In this document: one piece after another, positions 30,274 to 39,212 of the stretch
Numbering within the stretch: position 1 is the stretch's first letter
Layout: every line of letters starts with the position of its first letter
Position numbers and translations under genes: made by a program
Source of the DNA: an uncultured Verrucomicrobiae bacterium
GTDB lineage: Bacteria; Verrucomicrobiota; Verrucomicrobiia; Chthoniobacterales; UBA10450
Direction: 5' to 3'
Assembly: GCA_963756875.1 (NCBI GenBank)
Contig: CAVWPA010000003.1
Location: 800,001 to 864,000, forward strand
DNA: 64,000 bases
The notes under the pieces: generated by a model
Database searches by the model: none
The model's input: only the letters and a program-made list of their open reading frames with translations
What the model was told of the DNA's origin: nothing

Positions 30274-31472
30274 CAGCGGTACTGAAGATTTTACAAATAG
30301 TCCAAACGCTCGACCCAAGAGTAGGGGGCGTTGCACCGGCCGTTCTTGCCCTGAGCCGCGGCCTTTCCCGGCGCGGTCAAAAGGTCGATATCGTTACTCT
30401 CGATAATCCGCCCCCTGTGGCCGGTTTCGCTGACGCCAGTGTGCACCGGGATATCGCGGAAACCAACCTAACTTTTCACGCGCTTGGCCCGGGCCTAACG
30501 AACTATCGCTACTCTGGAACCCTGACGAAATGGCTGCGGCAGCACGGCAATGATTACGATCGCGTGATTGTGAATGGTCTATGGCAGTATCTAAGTTTTG
30601 CCGCGTGGCGTCGTTTCGGCGGGACAGCAACCCCTTATTATGTTTTTCCTCATGGAATGCTGGATCCCTGGTTTAAGACGACGTTTCCGCTCAAGCATCT
30701 GAAGAAATGGCTCTATTGGCCATGGGCCGATTATCGAGTCCTTCGTGACGCGACCGCAGTCGTTTTTACTTCTGAAGAAGAACGGCTCCAGGCCAGGAGA
30801 TCGTTCTGGCTTTATCGCTGCCACGAGAGAGTGTCGCCGCTCGGTATTGAAACGCCACGGCCGGTCTCACTTCAGGCAAAGGAAGCGTTTCTCACGCGTT
30901 ATCCGGCGCTGCGAAACAGGAAAGTACTTCTGTTTCTGGGTCGATTGCATCCGAAAAAAGGGTGCGACCTGCTCATAGACGCCGTTTCGCGTTTTACGAA
31001 AACGGCGAAAACCATCTCGCTTGTGCTCGCCGGCCCCGATCAAATCGGTTGGGAACGGGAGCTGCGCGCCCGCGCCGCTCGTCTTGGGATCGCATCGCAT
31101 ATTGTCTTTACCGGGATGTTACAGGGCGAACTGAAACAGGCCGCGCTCACGAGCGCAGATGCGTTCATTCTTCCATCGCATCAGGAGAACTTTGGAATGT
31201 CGGTCGTGGAGGCGCTCGCGGCCGGTCTGCCCGTGCTTATTTCCGACCGTGTCAATATCTGGCGCGAGGTCGTTGAAGACGACGCAGGATACGTCGAGAA
31301 TGACGACCTCGCCGGCACGACGCGCTTGATTGAGCGCTGGATCAACGCATCGCCCGCGGAGAGTGAAACGATGCGGACCAAGGCTCAAGAATGTTTTGCG
31401 CGTCGCTTCGAAATTGGTCACGCGACTGATTCTCTCTTGTCGATCTTAAACGAGTCGCGGGTGGTCGCATGA
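30261..31472 (+). CDS. Glycosyltransferase family 4 (start either MITE-derived ATG 30261 or CTG 30282)
   Basis: PHGMLDPW, FLGRLHPKKG, PSHQENFGMSVVEALA. Confidence 0.92.
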   Translation: MKWLPAVLKILQIVQTLDPRVGGVAPAVLALSRGLSRRGQKVDIVTLDNPPPVAGFADASVHRDIAETNLTFHALGPGLTNYRYSGTLTKWLRQHGNDYDRVIVNGLWQYLSFAAWRRFGGTATPYYVFPHGMLDPWFKTTFPLKHLKKWLYWPWADYRVLRDATAVVFTSEEERLQARRSFWLYRCHERVSPLGIETPRPVSLQAKEAFLTRYPALRNRKVLLFLGRLHPKKGCDLLIDAVSRFTKTAKTISLVLAGPDQIGWERELRARAARLGIASHIVFTGMLQGELKQAALTSADAFILPSHQENFGMSVVEALAAGLPVLISDRVNIWREVVEDDAGYVENDDLAGTTRLIERWINASPAESETMRTKAQECFARRFEIGHATDSLLSILNESRVVA

Positions 31473-32605
31473 AGATCACGATTGTGCTTGGCGCGTTCTT
31501 CCCCGTTCCTCCCATCATGGGCGGCGCCGTCGAAAAGGCTTGGTTCACGCTTGCACAGGAATTCGCGAGTCGCGGCCACCAGGTCGTTCAAATCTCGCGG
31601 ACCATGCCGCAACTCCACCGCCAGGAATCTCTGGCCGGGGTCCTGCATCTGCGGGTCCGGGGATTCGATGCGCCGCGCTCGCTCCTTTGGCTTAAATTTC
31701 TCGACCTGATTTATTCGTTGAGAGCGATGTCAATTTTGCCGAAAGCGGACATCGTCGTTACGAACACATTTTGGCTCCCAATCCTGTTGCGTAATTCGAA
31801 GCGCGGCAAAGTTTACGTCCACGTGGCCAGATATCCCAAAGGGCAGATGCGGTTTTATGGCAAAGCAGCGCGATTGCAGGCGCCATCCCGGGCTGTCGCG
31901 CGCGCGATTGAGGCGGAAGCGCCGCGGCTGCAGCCAAAAATCGGGGTTATCCCGTACCCGGGACCGCAATCGGTTAACCACGATGAGCCTCCGACGATTA
32001 CAGCCCGTGAAAAGACAGTTCTCTTTGTCGGACGTGTCCATCCGGAGAAGGGCGTCCATTTGTTGATCGAAGCGTTTGCAAGCATGCCGCGCGAATTATC
32101 CTCGGAATGGAAATTGTCGATTCTGGGCCCGGCCGAGGAGGAATTTGGCGGTGGCGGCCAGGAATATCTTGCCGAGCTCAAGCGCTCCGCGGCGAAAGCC
32201 GCTGGCAAGGTGTTTTTTCCGGGTCCGGTCTTTGATTCAACCGCGCTGGAGCAAAATTTTCGGAACGCGAGATTATTTGTTTATCCTTCGATAGCCGAGC
32301 GCGGCGAATCATTTGGCCTCGCGCCGCTGGAGGCGATGACGCACGGTTGTGCTGTGATTGTTTCGAACCTCGATTGTTTTCAGGATTTTATTCGCGACGG
32401 CGAGACGGGTTTCGTCTTCGACCATCGCGCCGAGGCCCCGGTCAAAGGCCTTCGTGAAAAGATCGAGAGCGCAATCGCCGATCCGGCATTGCTGGCAAAT
32501 GTGGCCGATGCGGGGTATCGGAGGTCGGCAGAGTATTCTGTTTCTCGCGTAGCAGACCAATTTTTGCATGATTTTAGCTCACTCACTGGCCAATCCGATG
32601 TCTGA
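31469..32605 (+). CDS. Glycosyltransferase family 4
   Basis: GGAVE, FVGRVHPEKG, ESFGLAPLEAM. Confidence 0.92.
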   Translation: MKITIVLGAFFPVPPIMGGAVEKAWFTLAQEFASRGHQVVQISRTMPQLHRQESLAGVLHLRVRGFDAPRSLLWLKFLDLIYSLRAMSILPKADIVVTNTFWLPILLRNSKRGKVYVHVARYPKGQMRFYGKAARLQAPSRAVARAIEAEAPRLQPKIGVIPYPGPQSVNHDEPPTITAREKTVLFVGRVHPEKGVHLLIEAFASMPRELSSEWKLSILGPAEEEFGGGGQEYLAELKRSAAKAAGKVFFPGPVFDSTALEQNFRNARLFVYPSIAERGESFGLAPLEAMTHGCAVIVSNLDCFQDFIRDGETGFVFDHRAEAPVKGLREKIESAIADPALLANVADAGYRRSAEYSVSRVADQFLHDFSSLTGQSDV

Positions 32606-33146
32606 AATCGTTAATCCCGAGCAAAAATCCGCATATGATTCGCCGTGGTCGGGCAGCCACCGTTTTATGCAAGCGTTATGGGAAATCTGCTGGCTTGTTT
32701 TTTGCGTGTGGACGCCGAAACCGTTCAACGAATGGCGGCTCTTCTGGCTGCGCGTCTTTGGCGCGAAGATCGATGGGACGCCTTTTGTGCATCAGCGTGC
32801 GCGCATTGCCATTCCATGGAACCTGACGCTGCACGATCGCGCCTGCCTCGGCGACCGTGCCAATGCCTATTCGCTGGGGGAAATCGAGATCGGCGCACGC
32901 GCCACTGTCGCGCAGGAAGTATATCTCAGCACGGGCAGCCACGATTTTGAGCAGCCGGACATCCCGCTCGTAGTCGCAAAGATTACCATTGGCGAAGACG
33001 CTTTCATTGGCGCGCGCGCTTTTGTTCTTCCGGGTGTAACAATCGGCGCGCGCAGCATCGTCGGCGCGTGCTCGGTGGTAACGCATGACATTCCCGAAAA
33101 TGTGATCGCCGCGGGAAACCCATGTCGCACTCTCCGACCGCGATGA
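32598..33146 (+). CDS. WcaF-like polysaccharide acetyltransferase
   Basis: WRLFWLRVFGAKI, PWNLTL, TGSHDF, AGNPC. Confidence 0.88.
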   Translation: MSEIVNPEQKSAYDSPWSGSHRFMQALWEICWLVFCVWTPKPFNEWRLFWLRVFGAKIDGTPFVHQRARIAIPWNLTLHDRACLGDRANAYSLGEIEIGARATVAQEVYLSTGSHDFEQPDIPLVVAKITIGEDAFIGARAFVLPGVTIGARSIVGACSVVTHDIPENVIAAGNPCRTLRPR

Positions 33147-34006
33147 CTGGGCGTGTGCCGGTTTCGGTTGTGGTTCCAATCAGGAACGAAGCGGAAAATC
33201 TGCCCCGGTGCCTGGGATGCGTGCAATGGGCGGACGAGATCTTCGTGGTCGATTCGCAGAGCACAGATGGATCGACTGACATCGCGCACCGGCACGGCGC
33301 CAAGGTGGTGCAGTTTCATTTTAACGGGACCTGGCCGAAGAAGAAAAACTGGGCGCTGGAGAATCTTCCGTTCAAGAACGATTGGGTTCTGATTCTCGAC
33401 GCGGACGAAGTGTTGCCGCCGGCCGCGGAGAAAGAGGTCGCCGAAGCCGTTGCGAATCCCGGTCAGATCGTCGGTTACTGGATTAATCGGCGCTTCTTCT
33501 TTCTCGGCCGCTGGTTGCGGCATTCCTATTATCCGAATTGGAACCTGCGACTTTTTAAGCGCTCGTTAGGCCGATATGAAAAATTGACGGAGGCGGATAC
33601 CGGCAGCGGGGACAACGAAGTGCACGAGCACGTTGTCGTGCAGGGACCGACCGGGCGATTGCGGACCGAGATGGACCATTATGCGTTTCCGTCGGTGGAA
33701 ATGTTCATCGAGAAGCACAATCGCTATTCCAACTGGGAGGCGCGCGTCGCCGCCGATGAATTTTTGGGCCGGAGCTCCGGAGAATTAAGCCACGCGCCGG
33801 TAGAGCGTCGTCGTCGCTTGAAGATGCTTTCGCAGCGTCTGCCGTTTCGCCCTCTGCTGCGGTTTCTCTACATTTACATCTGGCAAAAGGGATTTCTCGA
33901 CGGACGCGACGGCTATTATTTCGCGCGTCTCCACGCGGTTTATGAATTTCTTTCGGTGGCAAAGACGTACGAACTGCGCCGACAGGCGGAGTCGCCCAAA
34001 GATTAG
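33143..34006 (+). CDS. Glycosyltransferase family 2
   Basis: VSVVVPIRNE, VDSQSTD, LDADE, EVHEH, KGFLDG. Confidence 0.92.
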   Translation: MTGRVPVSVVVPIRNEAENLPRCLGCVQWADEIFVVDSQSTDGSTDIAHRHGAKVVQFHFNGTWPKKKNWALENLPFKNDWVLILDADEVLPPAAEKEVAEAVANPGQIVGYWINRRFFFLGRWLRHSYYPNWNLRLFKRSLGRYEKLTEADTGSGDNEVHEHVVVQGPTGRLRTEMDHYAFPSVEMFIEKHNRYSNWEARVAADEFLGRSSGELSHAPVERRRRLKMLSQRLPFRPLLRFLYIYIWQKGFLDGRDGYYFARLHAVYEFLSVAKTYELRRQAESPKD

Positions 34007-34014
34007 CGAGAGCG

Positions 34015-35244
34015 ATGCGCGTCATTGTCTGGGGCATTAATTACGCGCCGGAAATAACCGGGATCGCGCCGCACAACGTTGCGCTCTGTGAATTTTTGCA
34101 GCGAAATGGTCACGACGTCGAGATGGTCACGACGTTCTCTTATTACCCGGCCTGGCGGAAAAAGGCCGAGGACAGGCACCAGCTTTTTCGGACGGATCGA
34201 ATCAATGGGGTGCCGGTGCACCGCTGCTGGCATTTTGTTCCCCAGCGAGTAACGCCATGGAAGCGTATTGTGCACGAGGGGACTTTCGTCGCGACATCCA
34301 TAACCCGCATTCTTGGATTAAAACGTGCCGACGTTTATGTAATCCCATCGCCGCCCCTCCTCCTCGGGGTCGCGGGCTGGCTGTCCGCGAAACTAAAGCG
34401 CGCGCCATTTATTTTTCATGTGCAGGATCTGCAACCCGATGCCGCCGTCGGGCTTGGAATGCTGCGCGCCGGCTGGTTCACGCGCGTGTTGTATCTCCTG
34501 GAAGCCTTTGCTTACAAGCATGCAACGCGTGTTTCCGGGATCAGCGAGGAGATTCTGGACGCATTCCGGCGAAAAGGAGTGCCTGAAGGGAAACTGATTT
34601 TGTTTCCGAATGCGGTGACGCTTCCGAAGGATGATGAGATTCCACCCCGTGGAAGATTTCGCGCAAAGCACGCTTTTGCGGCTGACGAATTTCTGGCTGT
34701 TTATGCCGGAAACCTGGGAGTAAAACAAGGTCTTCATCTTTTGCTCGATGCGGCGGAGGTGCTTCGGACCGAGAAAAACGTTCGGATTGTAATAGCTGGC
34801 GACGGCGCTGCCCGCGAGTCGCTGGAAAAGGACATTTGCACCCGAAATTTGACCAATGTCTCGATGTTGCCATTGCAATTCGGCATGGACTACAAGGAAT
34901 TGCTGATCGACGCCGATGTTTCTCTGATCACTCAGCAAAGCGGCTCCGGGAACGCATTTTTTCCGAGCAAACTTTTGATCACACTCGCTTTTTCTGGGCC
35001 GGTCCTGACGGTGGCCGACGATGAGAGTGCCCTTGCCCGGGTGGTCGCGGAGGGCGGGTTCGGTAAAAATGTGGCGCCGGGTGAGCCAAAGAAACTCGCG
35101 GATGCGGCGCGCCAGCTCGCCCAAGACCGGCAACAGTTACGAGACTGGGGCCGGGCCGGGCGGGCTTATGTCGAGCGGTTCGAGCAAAGTCGCGTGCTGA
35201 CGAAATTCGTCGAAGAGCTAAAGCGGATTGCGGGCCGCCACTAA
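34015..35244 (+). CDS. WcaI-like glycosyltransferase family 4
   Basis: GINYAPEITGIA, YYPAW, HVQDLQPDAA, YAGNLGVKQGL, FPSKL. Confidence 0.9.
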   Translation: MRVIVWGINYAPEITGIAPHNVALCEFLQRNGHDVEMVTTFSYYPAWRKKAEDRHQLFRTDRINGVPVHRCWHFVPQRVTPWKRIVHEGTFVATSITRILGLKRADVYVIPSPPLLLGVAGWLSAKLKRAPFIFHVQDLQPDAAVGLGMLRAGWFTRVLYLLEAFAYKHATRVSGISEEILDAFRRKGVPEGKLILFPNAVTLPKDDEIPPRGRFRAKHAFAADEFLAVYAGNLGVKQGLHLLLDAAEVLRTEKNVRIVIAGDGAARESLEKDICTRNLTNVSMLPLQFGMDYKELLIDADVSLITQQSGSGNAFFPSKLLITLAFSGPVLTVADDESALARVVAEGGFGKNVAPGEPKKLADAARQLAQDRQQLRDWGRAGRAYVERFEQSRVLTKFVEELKRIAGRH

Positions 35245-36635
35245 TACGCTGTTTGCGGAGGGCGAACGAGTTGCGCGAAAGTGCGCAGGATAATTGCGAG
35301 CTCGAGCGAAATATTCCAGTTCTCCAGATATTCAATGTCGCAGGCGACACGGTTTTCAATGTCCGAATTATCTCTTGCTTCACCGCGGAAGCCGCGCACC
35401 TGGGCCAATCCAGTGATTCCTGGTTTTACAAATGTGCGTACATGATAATTTCCCATTAAGCGCGCAAACTGGTTATTGTGTTCGATCAGATGCGGGCGCG
35501 GCCCGACGATACTCATGTCGCCGTGGAGCACATTCCAAAACTGTGGCACCTCGTCGATACTGACTTTGCGAAACCACTTTCCGAGAGGATACACGCGCTC
35601 GTCTTCCGGACGAGCCTGGCGGGAGAGTTCGCCGTTATCCGGACGCATCGTGCGAAACTTATAGATGTTGAACTGGCGGTTCTGCATGCCGGCACGGCGC
35701 TGCACGTGGAACAGGGGCCCCGGCGATTGGAACCGCTGCGCGACGAAAACAATTACGGCCAGAATTGGAAAGACGAAGAGCATGACGGGCACGGCGATTG
35801 CCAAATCGATGGCCCGTTTAAAAAACCGATTGAACGGATTTTCCAACGGTTCTTCGCGCAGTCCGATAAAGCGGAAGCCCCCGTCCTCAAAATGTGTTAC
35901 CGAATGCCGCAATCTCTCTTCGAGGTCGCTCAAAATAAAGAGGCGGACGCCGAGTTGATCGCAAATGTGGATCATCTGCTGGTTCGCCTCGTTGAAGAGC
36001 GGAAACTCCAGCAGGATGACTTGTGTGATTCCAGATTCACGAATCACCTGCTCAAGTCGGTCGGGCGTTCCAAGCAACGGGATCCCGTCCCGGCTCTGAT
36101 CGATCGGCTCGTCGCAAACCAGGCCGACGGTGCGCAGACCGATTTCGGCTTTGCGCTGCAACCAGTCGCTTAACTGATCGGCTTTGCGGCTAGGACCCAC
36201 CAGCAGGGTTTTTTCGTCTCGCCGGAAAATCCCGCGCGCCAGGATGCCCGGGAGATAGTGATGGGAAAAAAGCAACGCGACATACAGCCACGGAACGAAG
36301 TTGAAAAAGAAAATTCGCGAAATGAACGCATCCTTCGTCGCGATAAGATAAAGAACAAGCATGCCGACACTGGCGATGGTCTGGCGAAGACTCAGCCGAT
36401 GCGGACGCAGTAGTTCGTTTTGCAGAAAGTAATTTTTGGACCGAGTCAGCGATTCGAGGAGCATGCCGACCACAAGCGTGCCGCAATAAATGCTATAACG
36501 GCGCCAGGTGAGTTCGGCGCTGGGCGAGTAAAATTCGACCATGACCCAGACTCCCAGCCAGAACAGGAGCGCGACCATGACAATCTGGCATAGTAGAAAG
36601 AGGCGGTAGAGACCTTCCGTCCGTTGGGCGACCAT
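35241..36635 (-). CDS. Undecaprenyl-phosphate sugar phosphotransferase (WcaJ-like priming transferase)
   Basis: N-terminal TMs, KRAIDL, YKFRTM, SIDEVPQFWNVLHGDMSIVGPRP, KPGITGLAQV. Confidence 0.93.
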   Translation of the reverse strand: MVAQRTEGLYRLFLLCQIVMVALLFWLGVWVMVEFYSPSAELTWRRYSIYCGTLVVGMLLESLTRSKNYFLQNELLRPHRLSLRQTIASVGMLVLYLIATKDAFISRIFFFNFVPWLYVALLFSHHYLPGILARGIFRRDEKTLLVGPSRKADQLSDWLQRKAEIGLRTVGLVCDEPIDQSRDGIPLLGTPDRLEQVIRESGITQVILLEFPLFNEANQQMIHICDQLGVRLFILSDLEERLRHSVTHFEDGGFRFIGLREEPLENPFNRFFKRAIDLAIAVPVMLFVFPILAVIVFVAQRFQSPGPLFHVQRRAGMQNRQFNIYKFRTMRPDNGELSRQARPEDERVYPLGKWFRKVSIDEVPQFWNVLHGDMSIVGPRPHLIEHNNQFARLMGNYHVRTFVKPGITGLAQVRGFRGEARDNSDIENRVACDIEYLENWNISLELAIILRTFAQLVRPPQTAY

Positions 36636-36780
36636 GGCTAAAGCGCTGGGATGATGAGATTACGCCATGGCGGGATTGCTTCAACTCGTGCTAGGTTCCC
36701 CGCCGATATGAGACTTGCTTTCATGCACTCAGTGATTTGTCGATTATAGAAGCGATTCCCATACCGATTCATTTCCGTTG

Positions 36781-39165
36781 ATGCCAAATTCGACACCACA
36801 GACTCGGTTGGACGAGCAGGAAAACAATGCCGTAGGCCGTTGGGCGGCCAACATCGCCATCGCTTCCCTGCCGGTGCTGGCCTGCTTTCTCGGCGGAGCC
36901 ACACAAAAATGGGCGGAAGGGATCGTGGTGGCGATTCTTGGATTGATTCTGCTGGTGCGCCCTCCTTCGTTTTCGCTCGGCGCGTTTACCAATAGCGTCT
37001 TCCTTGTATTCGTTGTTCTCGCCTGCGTGACGTTTCTGCCGGCCCATTATTTCTTTTCATCCACGTGGCGCAGCGCGATGACGAACGACCTCGGCATTGC
37101 GTTGCCGGCCACCGTCTCGCCGCAACCATGGATTACGGCCGGTTGCCTCTTGAGCCTCATCGCCGGCGTGAGCTGGCTTTATCTCGTCAGCTCCCAGGAG
37201 ATAGAATTGCGTTCCGTTCGCTTTCAGCTGCGGTTTTTTGCGACCGGCATCGTCGTTCTCGCCGCAGTAAGCATTCTATTTTATTGGGCGCACGTCGCCC
37301 CGCCGTTTTGGATCAATCAACGCGGCTTTGGTCCCTTCCCAAACCGCAACCAGACGGGAGACGTTTTCGCTCTCGCCGCGATCGTTATTCTCGCCTGCGG
37401 CCAGGATGACATTCGGAAGGGGCGGAAACGCTGGATTTTCTGGCTGATCGCGCTGGCCGTGATCGTCACGGCGATTATTCTCAATTTTTCGCGGGCCGGA
37501 ATCCTTATCCTTGTTATTGGCAGCGTGCTTTTGCTCGGCGTTTTTGCGCTGCGGCAAGGCTCCATGCCCCGGCTGGCTTTGGGATTCTCTTTTGTTCTTC
37601 TTTTGCTAACCGCCCTCCTGCTCTTTGGCGGGCAGACACTGGAACGGTTTCATCTTCGTGGCCTGGGCAACACTGGCATCTCTACGGATTTTCGATGGCG
37701 AATCTTCCATGACACTTTCGGGCTCATTCGCGATTCGGCCTGGTGCGGGATCGGTCTCGGCAATTTCGAATCCGTCTTTGCGATCTTTCGTAATGCGTCA
37801 TTTGGCGACACACGCGCGTTGCATCCCGAGAGCGACTGGCTGTGGGTCTGGGCCGAAATGGGATGGCCCGCGGTCTTGCTTATTATTGTCGGAATGGCGT
37901 TGCTGATTCGCAGGGTGTTTCCGTTGCGAGAAGGAACAAATCAGCGCTATCGGGTGGCGACGCTTATTACAGCGCTGCTTTTCGCGATCCATGGCCTGGT
38001 GGATGTCTCCGGACATCGTGTTGGCACTTCGCTTGCAGGAATGTTTCTGTTTGGGCTTTCATTGCATAGGCCGCTCTGTTTGAAACCGAGCCGCTGGATC
38101 GCGGCCCTCTTTCGTCTGGTCGGGTTGATCTTGCTGGTCGCGGGCGGCACGTGGGTGGTTGCGGCCCACGGCAAAATGCTGCTGCCCGGATCGATTGGAG
38201 TTGCCAATGCCAAACAGGTTGCCGTTATCGCAAATCGCGGTCTTGATTTCTCAGAAGCCGCTGCGCTTTCCACGCGCGGCTTGGAGTGGGCGCCGCTGGA
38301 CTGGCAACTCTATTTCTCGCGCGCCATCGCTGAAGTAAATAAGAAGCAGACAGAAAAGGCGCTCGATGATTTTCGCCGCGCCCGCTTTCTTGAGCCGAAC
38401 GCCTACGAAGTTCCATTGGCGGAAGGGAACCTCTGGCTGAACTCGCACCCGATCCTCGCTGTCATAGCATGGCGAGAGGCCTTACGCCGTGCCGGCCCGC
38501 ATCGGGCCGAAGTTTATTCGAGCATGCTGACCAATGCCTCGATGAAAAGTCCGCAGGTCAGCCGAGTTCTCGAAAAAGTTGGATTGAGCGAACACGATCT
38601 GGCCCTGGCTTATCTTAGTCGCGTCTCGCCACAGTATTTTAATCACGCTCTCAACGAGTTCTTGAAACACGATCCGACTTTGCAAACGCTCAACGATGAG
38701 GAAAAGCTGATTTTCTTTTCGCTCTGGTCGGAGCACGGCGATCTCGAACAATTGGCGCAAGCGGTCGCTCAGCATCCGAAATGGCTCGAGTATGCATGGC
38801 TCGGCATGGCGAAGTATTACGCGCGGAAAAATGACTTTCGGGCGGCGTACGAACTGACTCAACGCTACGGCGAGCCGGTTCCCTTGCCGCGGATCGAAGG
38901 AAGCGTCTCCATTCAGGATCTACAAAGGCGTTCCTATTCTGTGCCGGACAATTACGGGGCCGGCTACGCTCTTTATCGCGCCCAAATGCAAGCGGGACGC
39001 GTAGATGATGCTCTCCAGACCGCGCGCCACTTTAGCGAGCACCCTGGGACTCCCGCTTATTTTCATTTTCTGGAGGCCAAATGCTGGGCCGAAAAGCAAA
39101 ACTGGGAACGCGCCTGGAGCGCCTGGCTCGCCTTTCACACTGCAACGACGCAAGTCACGCAATAA
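36781..39165 (+). CDS. O-antigen ligase (Wzy_C) family protein with C-terminal TPR-like region
   Basis: GPFPNRNQ, SRAG, RWRIF, GIGLGNF, HPESDW; helical repeat tail (ALDDFRRARFLEP). Confidence 0.82.
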   Translation: MPNSTPQTRLDEQENNAVGRWAANIAIASLPVLACFLGGATQKWAEGIVVAILGLILLVRPPSFSLGAFTNSVFLVFVVLACVTFLPAHYFFSSTWRSAMTNDLGIALPATVSPQPWITAGCLLSLIAGVSWLYLVSSQEIELRSVRFQLRFFATGIVVLAAVSILFYWAHVAPPFWINQRGFGPFPNRNQTGDVFALAAIVILACGQDDIRKGRKRWIFWLIALAVIVTAIILNFSRAGILILVIGSVLLLGVFALRQGSMPRLALGFSFVLLLLTALLLFGGQTLERFHLRGLGNTGISTDFRWRIFHDTFGLIRDSAWCGIGLGNFESVFAIFRNASFGDTRALHPESDWLWVWAEMGWPAVLLIIVGMALLIRRVFPLREGTNQRYRVATLITALLFAIHGLVDVSGHRVGTSLAGMFLFGLSLHRPLCLKPSRWIAALFRLVGLILLVAGGTWVVAAHGKMLLPGSIGVANAKQVAVIANRGLDFSEAAALSTRGLEWAPLDWQLYFSRAIAEVNKKQTEKALDDFRRARFLEPNAYEVPLAEGNLWLNSHPILAVIAWREALRRAGPHRAEVYSSMLTNASMKSPQVSRVLEKVGLSEHDLALAYLSRVSPQYFNHALNEFLKHDPTLQTLNDEEKLIFFSLWSEHGDLEQLAQAVAQHPKWLEYAWLGMAKYYARKNDFRAAYELTQRYGEPVPLPRIEGSVSIQDLQRRSYSVPDNYGAGYALYRAQMQAGRVDDALQTARHFSEHPGTPAYFHFLEAKCWAEKQNWERAWSAWLAFHTATTQVTQ

Positions 39166-39212
39166 GTGCCCGAATTTAGGCACTGCCGCCCGGATGCTCT
39201 TCAGAATCGATA

